NCBI GenBank assembly: GCA_016716005.1
Contig: JADJXE010000001.1
Location: 3,440,521-3,504,520 of the forward strand
Length of the DNA stretch: 64,000 nucleotides
Source of the DNA: Acidimicrobiales bacterium
GTDB lineage: Bacteria > Actinomycetota > Acidimicrobiia > Acidimicrobiales > JADJXE01
Direction: 5' to 3'
Shown here: piece after piece, positions 26,309 to 35,304 of the stretch
Position numbering within the stretch: the stretch's first letter is position 1
Layout: each line of letters starts with the position of its first letter
Position numbers and translations under genes: made by a program
The notes under the pieces: model-generated
Database searches by the model: none
Told to the model about the DNA's origin: nothing
Seen by the model: the letters and a program-made list of their open reading frames with translations, nothing else

Positions 26309-27816
26309 CGGCGGCGCCGCCGGCGACCGCCCCCTCGCGCCGCCTGGCGAGCGCGTCCCTGCACCTGTCGGGCGTGGCGCTGCTGTTCGTGGCCGCCGGC
26401 GTCGTGGTGTCGGCGGGGGTGGCCGCGATCGACGGCGGCCCCGACACCCCCGGCCTGCTCTGGGCGGCCGCCGTGATCGGCGCGGCCGGTGCCCTGCTCC
26501 GTCGGTTCACGGTGGTGCCACCCCGGGTGTCCCGCACCGGCTCGTTCGTGGCGGTCACCGTCGCCTGGCTGGTGGTCTGCGGCGCCGGGGCCCTGCCCTA
26601 CCTGCTCGTCGGCACGTTCACGCGAATCGACGACGCCCTGTTCGAGTCGGTCTCCGGGTTCACCACCACCGGTGCCTCGGTCCTGCCGGCCGTCGAGGGG
26701 AACCCGGCCGGGGTCCTCTTCTGGCGACAGATGACCCACTGGCTGGGCGGCATGGGGATGATCGTGCTCGCCGTCGCCGTGCTCCCGTTCCTCGGGGTGG
26801 GTGGTCTCGAGCTGATCGCGGCCGAGGCGCCCGGGCCGTCCACCGACCGGCTGGCCCCCCGGATCAACCAGACGGCCCGGCGGCTGTGGGGCATCTACGT
26901 GGCGCTCACCGGTGTGGGGGTGCTGCTCCTGCTGGCGGCCGGCCTCAGCCTCTACGACGCCGTCGGCCACAGCTTCGCCACCATCGCGACGGGTGGCTTC
27001 TCCACGTACAACCTGGGCGCCCGCCACTTCGACTCGGTCGGCGTCGACATGGTGCTGGTCTTCGGCATGCTGGCGGGAGGGACGAGCTTCACCCTCCACT
27101 GGCGCGCCCTCCGGAGCGGGCCGAGGGCCTACCTGGCCGACGGCGAGTTCCGCGTGTTCGTGGGGATCCTCGCCGTCGCGGGCGCCGCCGTGGTCTGGCT
27201 GCTGATGGCCGATGGCGCGGCCGCGGGCACCGCGGCGCGAAACGGGCTCTTCAACGTGGTGTCCATCATGACCACGACCGGCTTCACCCACACCGACTTC
27301 ACCGTGTGGGTGGCCGCGGCCCAGCTGGTGCTGCTGCTGCTCATGCTCGTCGGCGGGATGACGGGCTCCACGTCGGGCGGCATGAAGGTGCTGCGGGTCG
27401 ACGTCATCGGCCGGTTCGCGGTGCGGGAGGTCCGCCGGGTGCGCCACCCGCGCGCCGTGATCCCGCTGCGGGTGGGGTCCTCGCCCGTGCCCGAGGCGAC
27501 CGCGTACCGGGTGGTCGGGTTCGTGCTCCTCTACCTCGCGGTGGGGCTGATCGCGATCGTGCTGGTGGCGGCCACGGGGGCGTCGCTGCTCGACGCGGCC
27601 GGGGGAGTCGCGTCCACCATGGGGAGCATCGGCCCCGGCCTGGGGCCCGCAGGGCCGCTCGGCAACTTCCTTGTGTTCGACCCACCGGCGCGCTGGCTCC
27701 TCACGGTGCTGATGCTCCTCGGCCGCCTGGAGATCGTCCCGCTGCTGCTCACGGTGGGCGCGCTGGCCCGCCTCGCCGACGGCTCCCGTGTGCGGCGCTG
27801 GCGCCGGTCGCGCTGA
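26305..27816 (+). CDS. trkH: TrkH-family potassium transporter (paralogue 2)
   Basis: GTG 26305 overlaps the upstream stop (GTGA). SGFTTTGAS, IATGGFST, IMTTTGFT and GSTSGGMKV. Confidence 0.85.
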   Translation: MTAAPPATAPSRRLASASLHLSGVALLFVAAGVVVSAGVAAIDGGPDTPGLLWAAAVIGAAGALLRRFTVVPPRVSRTGSFVAVTVAWLVVCGAGALPYLLVGTFTRIDDALFESVSGFTTTGASVLPAVEGNPAGVLFWRQMTHWLGGMGMIVLAVAVLPFLGVGGLELIAAEAPGPSTDRLAPRINQTARRLWGIYVALTGVGVLLLLAAGLSLYDAVGHSFATIATGGFSTYNLGARHFDSVGVDMVLVFGMLAGGTSFTLHWRALRSGPRAYLADGEFRVFVGILAVAGAAVVWLLMADGAAAGTAARNGLFNVVSIMTTTGFTHTDFTVWVAAAQLVLLLLMLVGGMTGSTSGGMKVLRVDVIGRFAVREVRRVRHPRAVIPLRVGSSPVPEATAYRVVGFVLLYLAVGLIAIVLVAATGASLLDAAGGVASTMGSIGPGLGPAGPLGNFLVFDPPARWLLTVLMLLGRLEIVPLLLTVGALARLADGSRVRRWRRSR

Positions 27817-27860
27817 GCGTCGGACGAGCCGGGGGCGGCGCTGCTCGCTACCGTTGGCGC

Positions 27861-28676
27861 ATGGCCGACACCGTGCTCACCACCGGCGCCAACAGCGGTC
27901 TCGGGCTCGCCATCGTGCTGGAGCTGGCCCGGCGGGGCTACCGCTCCGTCGGCTCCGTCCGCTCGGACGCCAAGGCCGCCGTGGTCCACGAGGCAGCGAC
28001 GGCCGCCGGCGTGGAGGTCGAGACGGTGCTGCTCGACGTGACCGACGAGGCCGCCTGCGCGCGCGTGCTCGCCGACCTCGACCTGTACGGGCTGGTCAAC
28101 AACGCGGGGTTCGGCCAGACGGGGGCAGTCGAGGACGTCGACGACGCCGAGGTCCGCGAGATCCTCGAGACGATGGTCGTGGCACCGATGCGGCTGGCCC
28201 GTCTGGCCCTGCCGGCCATGCGGGCCGCCGGCCGTGGCCGGATCGTGAACGTGTCATCGGTGTACGGCCGGACGACCACGCCGCTCACCGGCTGGTACCA
28301 GGGCGCCAAGCACGCGCTGGAGGCGGTGTCGGACGCACTTCGCGTGGAGGTGGCGGGCGCAGGCGTGCGGGTGATCCTGGTCCAGCCGGGTGCGTTCCGG
28401 ACGGCGATCTTCGACGACGTCGGCCGCGACGCCGAGAAGCGCGCCGGGTCGCGGTTCGACACCGCCTACAAGCGCACCCAGCAGCTGGTCCGGCTGGCCG
28501 GCCCGCTCATGGGCGAGCCCCAGCAGGTGGCCAGGGTGGTGGCGGGAGCGCTGTCGTCGCCGTTCCCACGGGCCCGGTACCTGGTCGGGTTCGACGCCCC
28601 CTTCATCGCCGCCGCAGGTGCGCTCACCCCGACACCGCTGAAGGATCTCGTCACCCGCTTCACGCTCGGGCTGTAG
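27861..28676 (+). CDS. SDR-family oxidoreductase
   Basis: ATG 27861. TGANSGLGLA (TGxxxGxG), NNAG and the catalytic YQGAK (YxxxK). Confidence 0.85.
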   Translation: MADTVLTTGANSGLGLAIVLELARRGYRSVGSVRSDAKAAVVHEAATAAGVEVETVLLDVTDEAACARVLADLDLYGLVNNAGFGQTGAVEDVDDAEVREILETMVVAPMRLARLALPAMRAAGRGRIVNVSSVYGRTTTPLTGWYQGAKHALEAVSDALRVEVAGAGVRVILVQPGAFRTAIFDDVGRDAEKRAGSRFDTAYKRTQQLVRLAGPLMGEPQQVARVVAGALSSPFPRARYLVGFDAPFIAAAGALTPTPLKDLVTRFTLGL

Positions 28677-28689
28677 GGGGTTCGGCGCG

Positions 28690-29304
28690 TCAGCTGCGCG
28701 GTGCCAGCGAGGGGTACGAGCGCCGGGTCAGCGGCTCGGCCGACAGGCTGCCATCGTCCACCGGCACCTGCACCGGCTCGCCCTCGATCTCGAACAGCAC
28801 CGCTTCGACGCCGTCGGCCGACGTGGACGTGAACACCAGCTGCGCCATGGCGATCTTCTGTTCGGCGCCCTGGACGGTGAGCAGGTCCTCGGAGAGGTCG
28901 AGGGTGAGCACGCCGTCGGCCAGCTCGGTGTCGAGCAGCAGGGTGCCGGCCGGGATCGCAGTGCGAAGCCCGGCGGTGGCCTCGGCGTCGGTCACGCCGG
29001 CCAGCAGGGCGTCGACGCGGTCGCCGGCGCGCACCGGCACGGCCACCTCCCGCGGGCTCGGTGCCAGACGGTCGGTGCCCACGAGGTAGACGTCGATCAG
29101 GCGGCTCGTCGGGCCGGGCTCGGTGGTCGGCGGGGTGGTGTTGCTCGGGGCGAGCAGGTCGAAGGGGACGTCGTCGGGGTTGACGTCACGGGGCAGCCGG
29201 TCGGACGACACGCCGCAGGCGGCGACGGTGGCGACGGCGGCGACGACGAGCAGCAGGGCAGCCAGCCGGTGCCGGTGCCGGTGCCGGTGCCGGTGCCGGG
29301 TCAT
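28690..29304 (-). CDS. GerMN-domain lipoprotein (short LpqB-like, downstream of mtrB)
   Basis: ATG 29304 overlaps the mtrB stop (ATGA). Signal peptide MTRHRHRHRHRHRLAALLLVVAAVATVAAC with a lipobox Cys. ...LLDTELADGVLTLDLSEDL... is GerMN-like. Confidence 0.7.
   Translation of the reverse strand: MTRHRHRHRHRHRLAALLLVVAAVATVAACGVSSDRLPRDVNPDDVPFDLLAPSNTTPPTTEPGPTSRLIDVYLVGTDRLAPSPREVAVPVRAGDRVDALLAGVTDAEATAGLRTAIPAGTLLLDTELADGVLTLDLSEDLLTVQGAEQKIAMAQLVFTSTSADGVEAVLFEIEGEPVQVPVDDGSLSAEPLTRRSYPSLAPRS
29267..29296 (-). repeat. perfect hexanucleotide repeat (CGGTGC)x5 encoding (HR)5 in the signal-peptide n-region
   Basis: Direct reading of cggtgc x5 on the plus strand, translated on the minus strand as RHRHRHRHRHR. 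Confidence 0.95.
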
Positions 29305-30716
29305 CCGACCATCTCGATCGTTCGGACCGCGAGCGGGAGCTCCACCACGAAGTGCGCGCCGGGGCGCCCGTCGGGCCGGTCGTCCACCCACACCTGGCCC
29401 CCGAGGAGCCGGACGTGCTCGCGCACCAGGGCGAGCCCCAGGCCGACCCCCTCGCCGCTGCCGCGGCGGCCGGCGCCGCCGCCGCGGGCGAAGCGCTCGA
29501 AGATGAGCTGGCGCTCGTCGATCGCGACGCCCGGACCGGCATCGTCGACGGCGATCTGCACCCGATCCTCCACCACCCGCACCGAGACCCGTTCCACGCC
29601 GGCCCCGTGCATCCGGGCGTTGTCGAGCAGGTTGGCGAGCACCCGGACGAGGCGCCGCTTGTCCGCCAGCACGATCGCGTCGGCCGCGGCCGGCTCCACG
29701 TCGACCGGCACCTCCGGGTCGCCGCCCATGCCGGCGGCGTGCAGCACCAGGTCGACCAGGCGCACCTCCTCCAGGTCGAGGCGCACCGCGCCGGCGTCGA
29801 AGCGCGAGATCTCGAGGAGGTCCTCCACCAGGTTCTGGAACCGGGCGACGTCGGCGACGAGCAGGTCGAGGGCCGTAGCCGCCCGCTCGGGCATCTCGTC
29901 GCGCCGAGACTGGAGCACCTCGATGGACGCCGAGAGGGTCATCAGGGGCGAGCGCAGCTCGTGGCTGACGTCGGACGCGAAGCGGCTGTCGCGCTCGATG
30001 CGGGACTGGAGAGCCTGTGCCATCTCGTTGAAGGACGACACCAGTCCCCGCAGGTCGGGGTCGTCGACCGGGTCCAGCCGCGTGTCGAGGGCGCCCCCCG
30101 CGATGGCCTCCGACGCCTTGGCGGCGTCACGCAGCGGGCGGAGGGCGGCTCTCGCGGCCCAGGCCCCGAGCGCCGCGCCGGCCAGGGTGGTGACCGCAGC
30201 GGCCCCCAGCAGCGACACGCCGATCGCCCGCAGAGTGCTCTCGACCTCGGCCAGGGACACGATCTCGTAGTACGCGGCGCCGGCGGCGGGGATGGGGACC
30301 CCGACGGCCAGCACGGGCTCGCCGTCGAGCTCGTAGCGCATCCGGGCCGGGCTCCCGTCGGTGACCCGTTCGCGCAGTGCCTCGGGCAGGGCGTCCCGCC
30401 CGTACTCGAGGGTCGAGGCGTACCAACGGTCGTCGAGCTCGAGGACGGGGCGGGAGCCGGCGCTGATCTGCAGCGAGTCGAGGAGGCGGGGCACGTCGGG
30501 GTCGGAGGTGCGGAGCGCGTCCCGCAGCAGGCGGGCGTTCACGTACGTCCGGTCGAGGGCGGTGCGCTCACGCTGGCGGACGAGGCTCTCGCGGACGATG
30601 GCGTACGTGGTGCCGGCGAGCACCAGCGAGAGCAGCAGGGCACCCAGCGCGAAGGCGAGGGTGATCCTGGCCCGCAGCCCGAGGCGCGCCAGCCGCCAGC
30701 GAGAGGAAGCGGCCAC
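29301..30716 (-). CDS. mtrB: sensor histidine kinase, MtrB-like
   Basis: 471 aa. Two TM segments, HAMP (FNEMAQAL), H-box SHELRSPL, N/G boxes DNARMHG, DDAGPGV and GLGLALV. Gene order is RR-HK-lipoprotein. Confidence 0.85.
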   Translation of the reverse strand: MAASSRWRLARLGLRARITLAFALGALLLSLVLAGTTYAIVRESLVRQRERTALDRTYVNARLLRDALRTSDPDVPRLLDSLQISAGSRPVLELDDRWYASTLEYGRDALPEALRERVTDGSPARMRYELDGEPVLAVGVPIPAAGAAYYEIVSLAEVESTLRAIGVSLLGAAAVTTLAGAALGAWAARAALRPLRDAAKASEAIAGGALDTRLDPVDDPDLRGLVSSFNEMAQALQSRIERDSRFASDVSHELRSPLMTLSASIEVLQSRRDEMPERAATALDLLVADVARFQNLVEDLLEISRFDAGAVRLDLEEVRLVDLVLHAAGMGGDPEVPVDVEPAAADAIVLADKRRLVRVLANLLDNARMHGAGVERVSVRVVEDRVQIAVDDAGPGVAIDERQLIFERFARGGGAGRRGSGEGVGLGLALVREHVRLLGGQVWVDDRPDGRPGAHFVVELPLAVRTIEMVG

Positions 30717-30722
30717 CCGGGC

Positions 30723-31409
30723 TCAGGGCTGGAGGCGGTAGCCGAGGCCGCGGACCGTGACGACGTGGCGCGGGTTGGCGGGGTCGGCCTCGACCTTGGT
30801 GCGGAGGCGCCGCACGTGCACGTCGACCAGCCGGCCGTCACCCCGGAGGTAGTCGTAGCCCCACACCCGCTCGAGCAGCGCCTCGCGGCTGAAGACGCGG
30901 CCGGGGTTGTTCCCCAGCTCGCAGAGGAGCCGGAACTCGGTCTTGGTGAGGTGCACCTCGCGCTCGCCCCGGCGGACGACGCCCTCGTCGGGGCGGATCT
31001 CGAGGTCGCCGAACCGCAGGACGTGGGCGGGCCCGGGAGCGGCGGGCCGAGCCCGGCGGAGCAGGGCCCGGATCCGGGCGGAGAGCTCCTTCGGGGCGAA
31101 GGGCTTGGTGAGGTAGTCGTCGGCGCCCGCCTCCAGGCCGGCCACGACGTCGTGGGTGTCGGCCCGGGCCGTGACCATCACGATGGGCACGTCGCTCGAC
31201 CGACGGATCGACCGGCACACCTCGAAGCCGTCGATGCCGGGGAGCATGAGGTCGATGAGCACGACGTCGGCCGGATCCTCGGCGAACGAGGTCAGGGCGT
31301 CCTCGCCGCTCCCCGCCTCGGCCACGACCCACCCCTCGTCCTCGAGGGCCATGCGCAGCGCCGTGCGGATCCGCTCGTCGTCTTCCACCGTGAGGATGCG
31401 CGTACCCAT
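30723..31409 (-). CDS. mtrA: OmpR-family response regulator, MtrA-like
   Basis: Starts at ATG 31409 (MGTRILTVEDDERIR). Receiver DVVLIDLMLPGIDG. Winged helix LTKTEFRLLCEL...VDVHVRRLRTKV. Confidence 0.9.
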   Translation of the reverse strand: MGTRILTVEDDERIRTALRMALEDEGWVVAEAGSGEDALTSFAEDPADVVLIDLMLPGIDGFEVCRSIRRSSDVPIVMVTARADTHDVVAGLEAGADDYLTKPFAPKELSARIRALLRRARPAAPGPAHVLRFGDLEIRPDEGVVRRGEREVHLTKTEFRLLCELGNNPGRVFSREALLERVWGYDYLRGDGRLVDVHVRRLRTKVEADPANPRHVVTVRGLGYRLQP

Positions 31410-31466
31410 GGCCCGCCCATGGTGCACCATCCCGACCCCACCGCGCGGCATGCGGGGGCCGGTTCG

Positions 31467-32306
31467 TCAGGCGTGGGCCGCTCCGGCGGCGGTCAGGAGG
31501 GCCTGCAGGGGGTCGAACAGCCCGGGGCGGGCGGCGAGGACGAAGGCCGACGACGCCGGCCCGCCGGCCAGGTCGCCGGTGCGGGCGCCGGCCTCCTCGG
31601 CGATCAGGACGCCGGCCGCGTGGTCCCAGGCCTGGAGGCCCTTCTCGTAGTAGGCGTCCACCCGGCCGCAGGCGACCCAGCACAGATCGACGGAGGCCGC
31701 GCCGCCGCGGCGGATGTCGCGCACCGCCGGCAGCACCCGCGTGAGCACCTCCGCCTGGCGAGCCCGGCGGTCGGCCGCGTAGGAGAACCCGGTGGCGACC
31801 AGCGCGGTCGCCAGCTCCGGTCCGGGGCCGAGGGAGAGCCGGTGATCGTTTCGCCACGAACCCCGCCCGCGCGCCGCGGTGAACACGTCGCCGTGGAGCG
31901 GGTCGTGCACCACGCCGACGACCGTGCGACCGCTCACCTGCGCCGCGAGGGAGACGCTGAACCCCGGCAGCCCGTACACGTAGTTCGTGGTCCCGTCGAT
32001 CGGGTCGACGAGCCAGCGCACCCCCGACGAGCCGCCCCGGTCGGCGCCCTCCTCGCCCACCACGGTGTCGTCCGGTCGAGCGTCGAGCAGGCCGTCGACC
32101 ACCAGGCGCTCGGCGGCCCGGTCCATCTCGGTCACCAGGTCGGTGGCGGTCGACTTGGTCGACACGTCGCGGCGGTCGTGCCCGAGGCCGTCGACCAGGA
32201 GGCGGGCCGCCCTCGCCGCCAGCGAGACCGCGAGCGCCAGCAGCTCCTCGAGGTCGGCGCCCGCGGGTTGGGGCTCGCCGGTTGCGGTGGAGGTCGGCTC
32301 AGCCAT
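31467..32306 (-). CDS. inositol monophosphatase family protein (ImpA/SuhB/HisN-like)
   Basis: 279 aa. VGEEG, WLVDPIDGTTNYV and WDHAAG motifs. Confidence 0.85.
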   Translation of the reverse strand: MAEPTSTATGEPQPAGADLEELLALAVSLAARAARLLVDGLGHDRRDVSTKSTATDLVTEMDRAAERLVVDGLLDARPDDTVVGEEGADRGGSSGVRWLVDPIDGTTNYVYGLPGFSVSLAAQVSGRTVVGVVHDPLHGDVFTAARGRGSWRNDHRLSLGPGPELATALVATGFSYAADRRARQAEVLTRVLPAVRDIRRGGAASVDLCWVACGRVDAYYEKGLQAWDHAAGVLIAEEAGARTGDLAGGPASSAFVLAARPGLFDPLQALLTAAGAAHA

Positions 32307-32607
32307 CGGCGCCGGGCCGGTCGGGCAGCTGGATGGCGCGCCACTCGCCCATGGCCCGGAGCACGAGCACGGCGATCACGGCGACCCCAGCGGCCGCGAG
32401 CACCGCCCCCAGAAGGCCGCCGATGGCGGCCGGCACCGCGGAGTCGCCGCTCACCTGGAGGTCGACGAAGGCGTAGCCGATGAGCCCGCCGGCGAGCCCG
32501 CCCACGCAGATGGCCGCGAAGGCCAGCACGCGGGCGCCGGTGGAGGGGAGCGCGGAGGGGGCCTGGCGAGGCGCGTCGGGCACCCCTCCAGCGTACGTGG
32601 GCCGCAC
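32299..32607 (-). CDS. small hypothetical membrane protein
   Basis: C-terminal part of ORF 32299..32940, with two hydrophobic helices (VLAFAAICVGGLAGGLIGYAF; AAIGGLLGAVLAAAGVAVIAVLVL). Its stop overlaps the IMPase start. The start is uncertain (GTG 32607 or 32583). Confidence 0.45.
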   Translation of the reverse strand: MRPTYAGGVPDAPRQAPSALPSTGARVLAFAAICVGGLAGGLIGYAFVDLQVSGDSAVPAAIGGLLGAVLAAAGVAVIAVLVLRAMGEWRAIQLPDRPGADG

Positions 32608-32707
32608 CGCAGACCGAACCGCGGCGCACGAGGGGCGTGCGCGCTGGTCGCTCGTCGGCGTCACGGGATGGCCGGGGGCCGTGCCCGCCGACCGTAGGCT
32701 GCGGCCG

Positions 32708-33439
32708 ATGCGGACGCTGGTGGTGCTCCCCACCTTCGACGAGGCGGAGAACATCGCCGACGTCCTGCGCCTGCTGCGCGCCGTGGCGCCCGCGGCCGAG
32801 ATCCTGGTGGTCGACGACAACAGCCCCGACGGCACCGCCGACGTCGCCGAGCGGGTCGGTCGGGAGCTGGGCGGCATCCGGGTGCTCCGGAGGCCCGCGA
32901 AGGCGGGGCTGGGGTCGGCGTACCGTGCCGGCTTCCGCACGGGCCTGTCCGAGGGGTTCGAGCTGCTGGTGGAGATGGACTCCGACCTCTCCCACGACCC
33001 GGCTGCCCTCCCGACGCTGCTCGCGGCGGTGGCCGACGGCGCGGACCTGGCCGTCGGCTCGCGCTACGTGTCCGGTGGGTCGATCCCCGACTGGAGCCTG
33101 CACCGGCGGCTGCTCTCCCGATGGGGCAACCGCTACGCGGCCGCGGTCCTCGGCATCCACGTGCACGACGCCACCGCCGGGTACCGCGCCTACCGGGCCG
33201 ACGTGCTGAGCCGGATCGATCTCGACACCGTGCGGGCCGAGGGCTACGGCTTCCAGATCGAGATGGCGTACCGAGTCGCCCGGCTCGGTGGTCGGATCGA
33301 CGAGGTGCCGATCTCGTTCACCGACCGCGTGCGGGGCACCTCCAAGATGTCCGGGCGGATCATCCTGGAGGCGGTCGTGCTGGTCACCTGGTGGGCGCTG
33401 CGCGACCGCGTGTTCGGTCGCTTCCGCCGTCGGCGCTAG
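32708..33439 (+). CDS. ppm1: polyprenol-phosphate mannosyltransferase (GT2, Ppm1/Dpm1-like)
   Basis: ATG 32708. VVLPTFDEAENI, VVDDNSPDGT, MDSDLSHDP. Confidence 0.85.
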   Translation: MRTLVVLPTFDEAENIADVLRLLRAVAPAAEILVVDDNSPDGTADVAERVGRELGGIRVLRRPAKAGLGSAYRAGFRTGLSEGFELLVEMDSDLSHDPAALPTLLAAVADGADLAVGSRYVSGGSIPDWSLHRRLLSRWGNRYAAAVLGIHVHDATAGYRAYRADVLSRIDLDTVRAEGYGFQIEMAYRVARLGGRIDEVPISFTDRVRGTSKMSGRIILEAVVLVTWWALRDRVFGRFRRRR

Positions 33440-33562
33440 CCGACGCTCGGCACCGGCAGGGGCGAAGACCCGGATCACGAGCCCGGTCGACCAGGCCCGG
33501 CCGCCGTCGTGCCCAGCGGTCGTCGCCACCGGCGCCGGGCCGTCGGATGCGACAATGCCGGG

Positions 33563-34048
33563 ATGCGGCACTGGCTGGTGGCGGGGGGCATCGTGGAGGG
33601 GCCCGACGGGCTGCTCCTCGTGAAGAACCTCCGTCGCGACGGCTCGTTCGACTGGTCGACGCCCGGGGGGGTCATCGAGGAGGGCGAGTCGCTCGTGGAC
33701 GGCCTCACGCGCGAGGTGGCCGAGGAGACCGGGATCGTCGTGAGCGACTGGCACGGCCCGGTGTACGAGGTGCAGGTGACGGCCACCGGCCTCGGCTGGC
33801 ACCTCCGGGTCGAGGTCTACCGGGCGCTGGCGTACTCGGGCGACCTGTCCCCGGCCGACCCCGACGGCATCGTGGTCGATGCCCGCTTCGTGCCGCCGGC
33901 GCTGCTCGACGACCACGTCGCGGCGTGCCCGCAGTGGGTGCGGGAGCCGCTCGTCGAGTGGCTCGCCGGACCCCCCGAGCAACCGCCCCGCTTCGGCTAC
34001 CTGCTGGCCGGGAGCGACCGTTCATCGTTCGTCGTCACCCGGACCTGA
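33563..34048 (+). CDS. NUDIX hydrolase
   Basis: ATG 33563. Nudix box GGVIEEGESLVDGLTREVAEETG. Confidence 0.8.
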   Translation: MRHWLVAGGIVEGPDGLLLVKNLRRDGSFDWSTPGGVIEEGESLVDGLTREVAEETGIVVSDWHGPVYEVQVTATGLGWHLRVEVYRALAYSGDLSPADPDGIVVDARFVPPALLDDHVAACPQWVREPLVEWLAGPPEQPPRFGYLLAGSDRSSFVVTRT

Positions 34049-34053
34049 CCGTC

Positions 34054-35304
34054 GTGGCCGGGCCACGCACCCTCCTCCACGTCGACATGGACGCCTTCTA
34101 CGTCGCCGTCGAGCTGCGACGGCGACCCGAGCTGCGGGGCCGTCCGGTCGTGGTCGGGGGGAGCGGCCCCCGCGGCGTGGTCGCGGCGGCGTCGTACGAG
34201 GCGAGGGCTGCGGGTGTGTTCTCGGCGATGCCGGGCTTCCGGGCCAGGCGGCTCTGCCCGACCGCCGTGTTCCTGCCCGGCGATCACCGCCTGTACGCCG
34301 AGGTGAGCGGCCAGGTCCACGGGATCTTCCGGTCGTTCACGCCCCTGGTCGAGGGCATCGCGCTCGACGAGGCGTTCCTCGACGTCACCGGTGCCCGCCG
34401 CCTGCTCGGCGACGGGCCGACGATCGCGGCCGCGCTGCGGGCCCGGGTGACCCAGGAGCTGGGTCTCACCTGCTCGGTCGGCGTGGCCACCTCCAAGCTG
34501 CTGGCCAAGCTCGCATCCGAGGCGGCCAAGCCCCGCCCCTCGCCCCGGGGGCCCCTCCCGGGCAAGGGCGTCGTGGTGGTGGCGCCGGGGGAGGAGCGGG
34601 CCTTCCTCCACCCCCTCCCGGTGGAGGCCGTGTGGGGTGTGGGCCCGGCCACCCTCGCCCGCCTGCGCCGGCTGGGCGTGCGCACCGTGGGCGACCTGGC
34701 CTCGCTGCCCGAGTCAGCGGTGGTGGCCTCGCTGGGAGAGGCGGCGGGTCACCACCTGTGGAGCCTGGCCCAGGCCGACGACCCCCGCCCCGTGGTGCCC
34801 GACCGACCCCCGAAGTCGGTGGGCCACGAGGAGACCTTCGCCCGCGACGTGTTCGGCGTGGACGCGCTCGGCCGGGAGGTGGTGCGGCTCGCCGACGCGG
34901 TGGCCGGCCGGCTGCGGGCCCACGGCCTGGCCGGTCGCACCGTGACGGTGAAGGTGCGCTTCGGCGACTTCCGAACCATCACCCGCTCGGCCACGCTCGC
35001 CGAACCGCTCACCACCGGGCCCGAGCTGGCCCGCTCGGCCAGGGCCCTGCTCGAGCGCGTCGACCTCTCGCCGGGGGTGCGCCTGCTCGGGGTGAGCGTG
35101 AGCGGGCTCACCGACGCCCCGGCCCGACAGCTCGTGCTCGGGGGCGACGGCGCCGAGCAGTGGGTCGACGCCAGCCGTGCCGTCGACCGGATCCGGGGAC
35201 GGTTCGGACCCGACGCGATCCGGCCGGCAACGCTCGCCCACCCCGTGGCGCAGTCGCGTCCCGGCGAGCGCCCATGGGGCCCCGAGGGTCCCGCCGGGCC
35301 CTAG
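34054..35304 (+). CDS. dinB: DNA polymerase IV
   Basis: GTG 34054. HVDMDAFYVAVE, SYEARAAGV, SVGVATSKLLAKLAS and the little-finger region. Confidence 0.9.
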   Translation: MAGPRTLLHVDMDAFYVAVELRRRPELRGRPVVVGGSGPRGVVAAASYEARAAGVFSAMPGFRARRLCPTAVFLPGDHRLYAEVSGQVHGIFRSFTPLVEGIALDEAFLDVTGARRLLGDGPTIAAALRARVTQELGLTCSVGVATSKLLAKLASEAAKPRPSPRGPLPGKGVVVVAPGEERAFLHPLPVEAVWGVGPATLARLRRLGVRTVGDLASLPESAVVASLGEAAGHHLWSLAQADDPRPVVPDRPPKSVGHEETFARDVFGVDALGREVVRLADAVAGRLRAHGLAGRTVTVKVRFGDFRTITRSATLAEPLTTGPELARSARALLERVDLSPGVRLLGVSVSGLTDAPARQLVLGGDGAEQWVDASRAVDRIRGRFGPDAIRPATLAHPVAQSRPGERPWGPEGPAGP

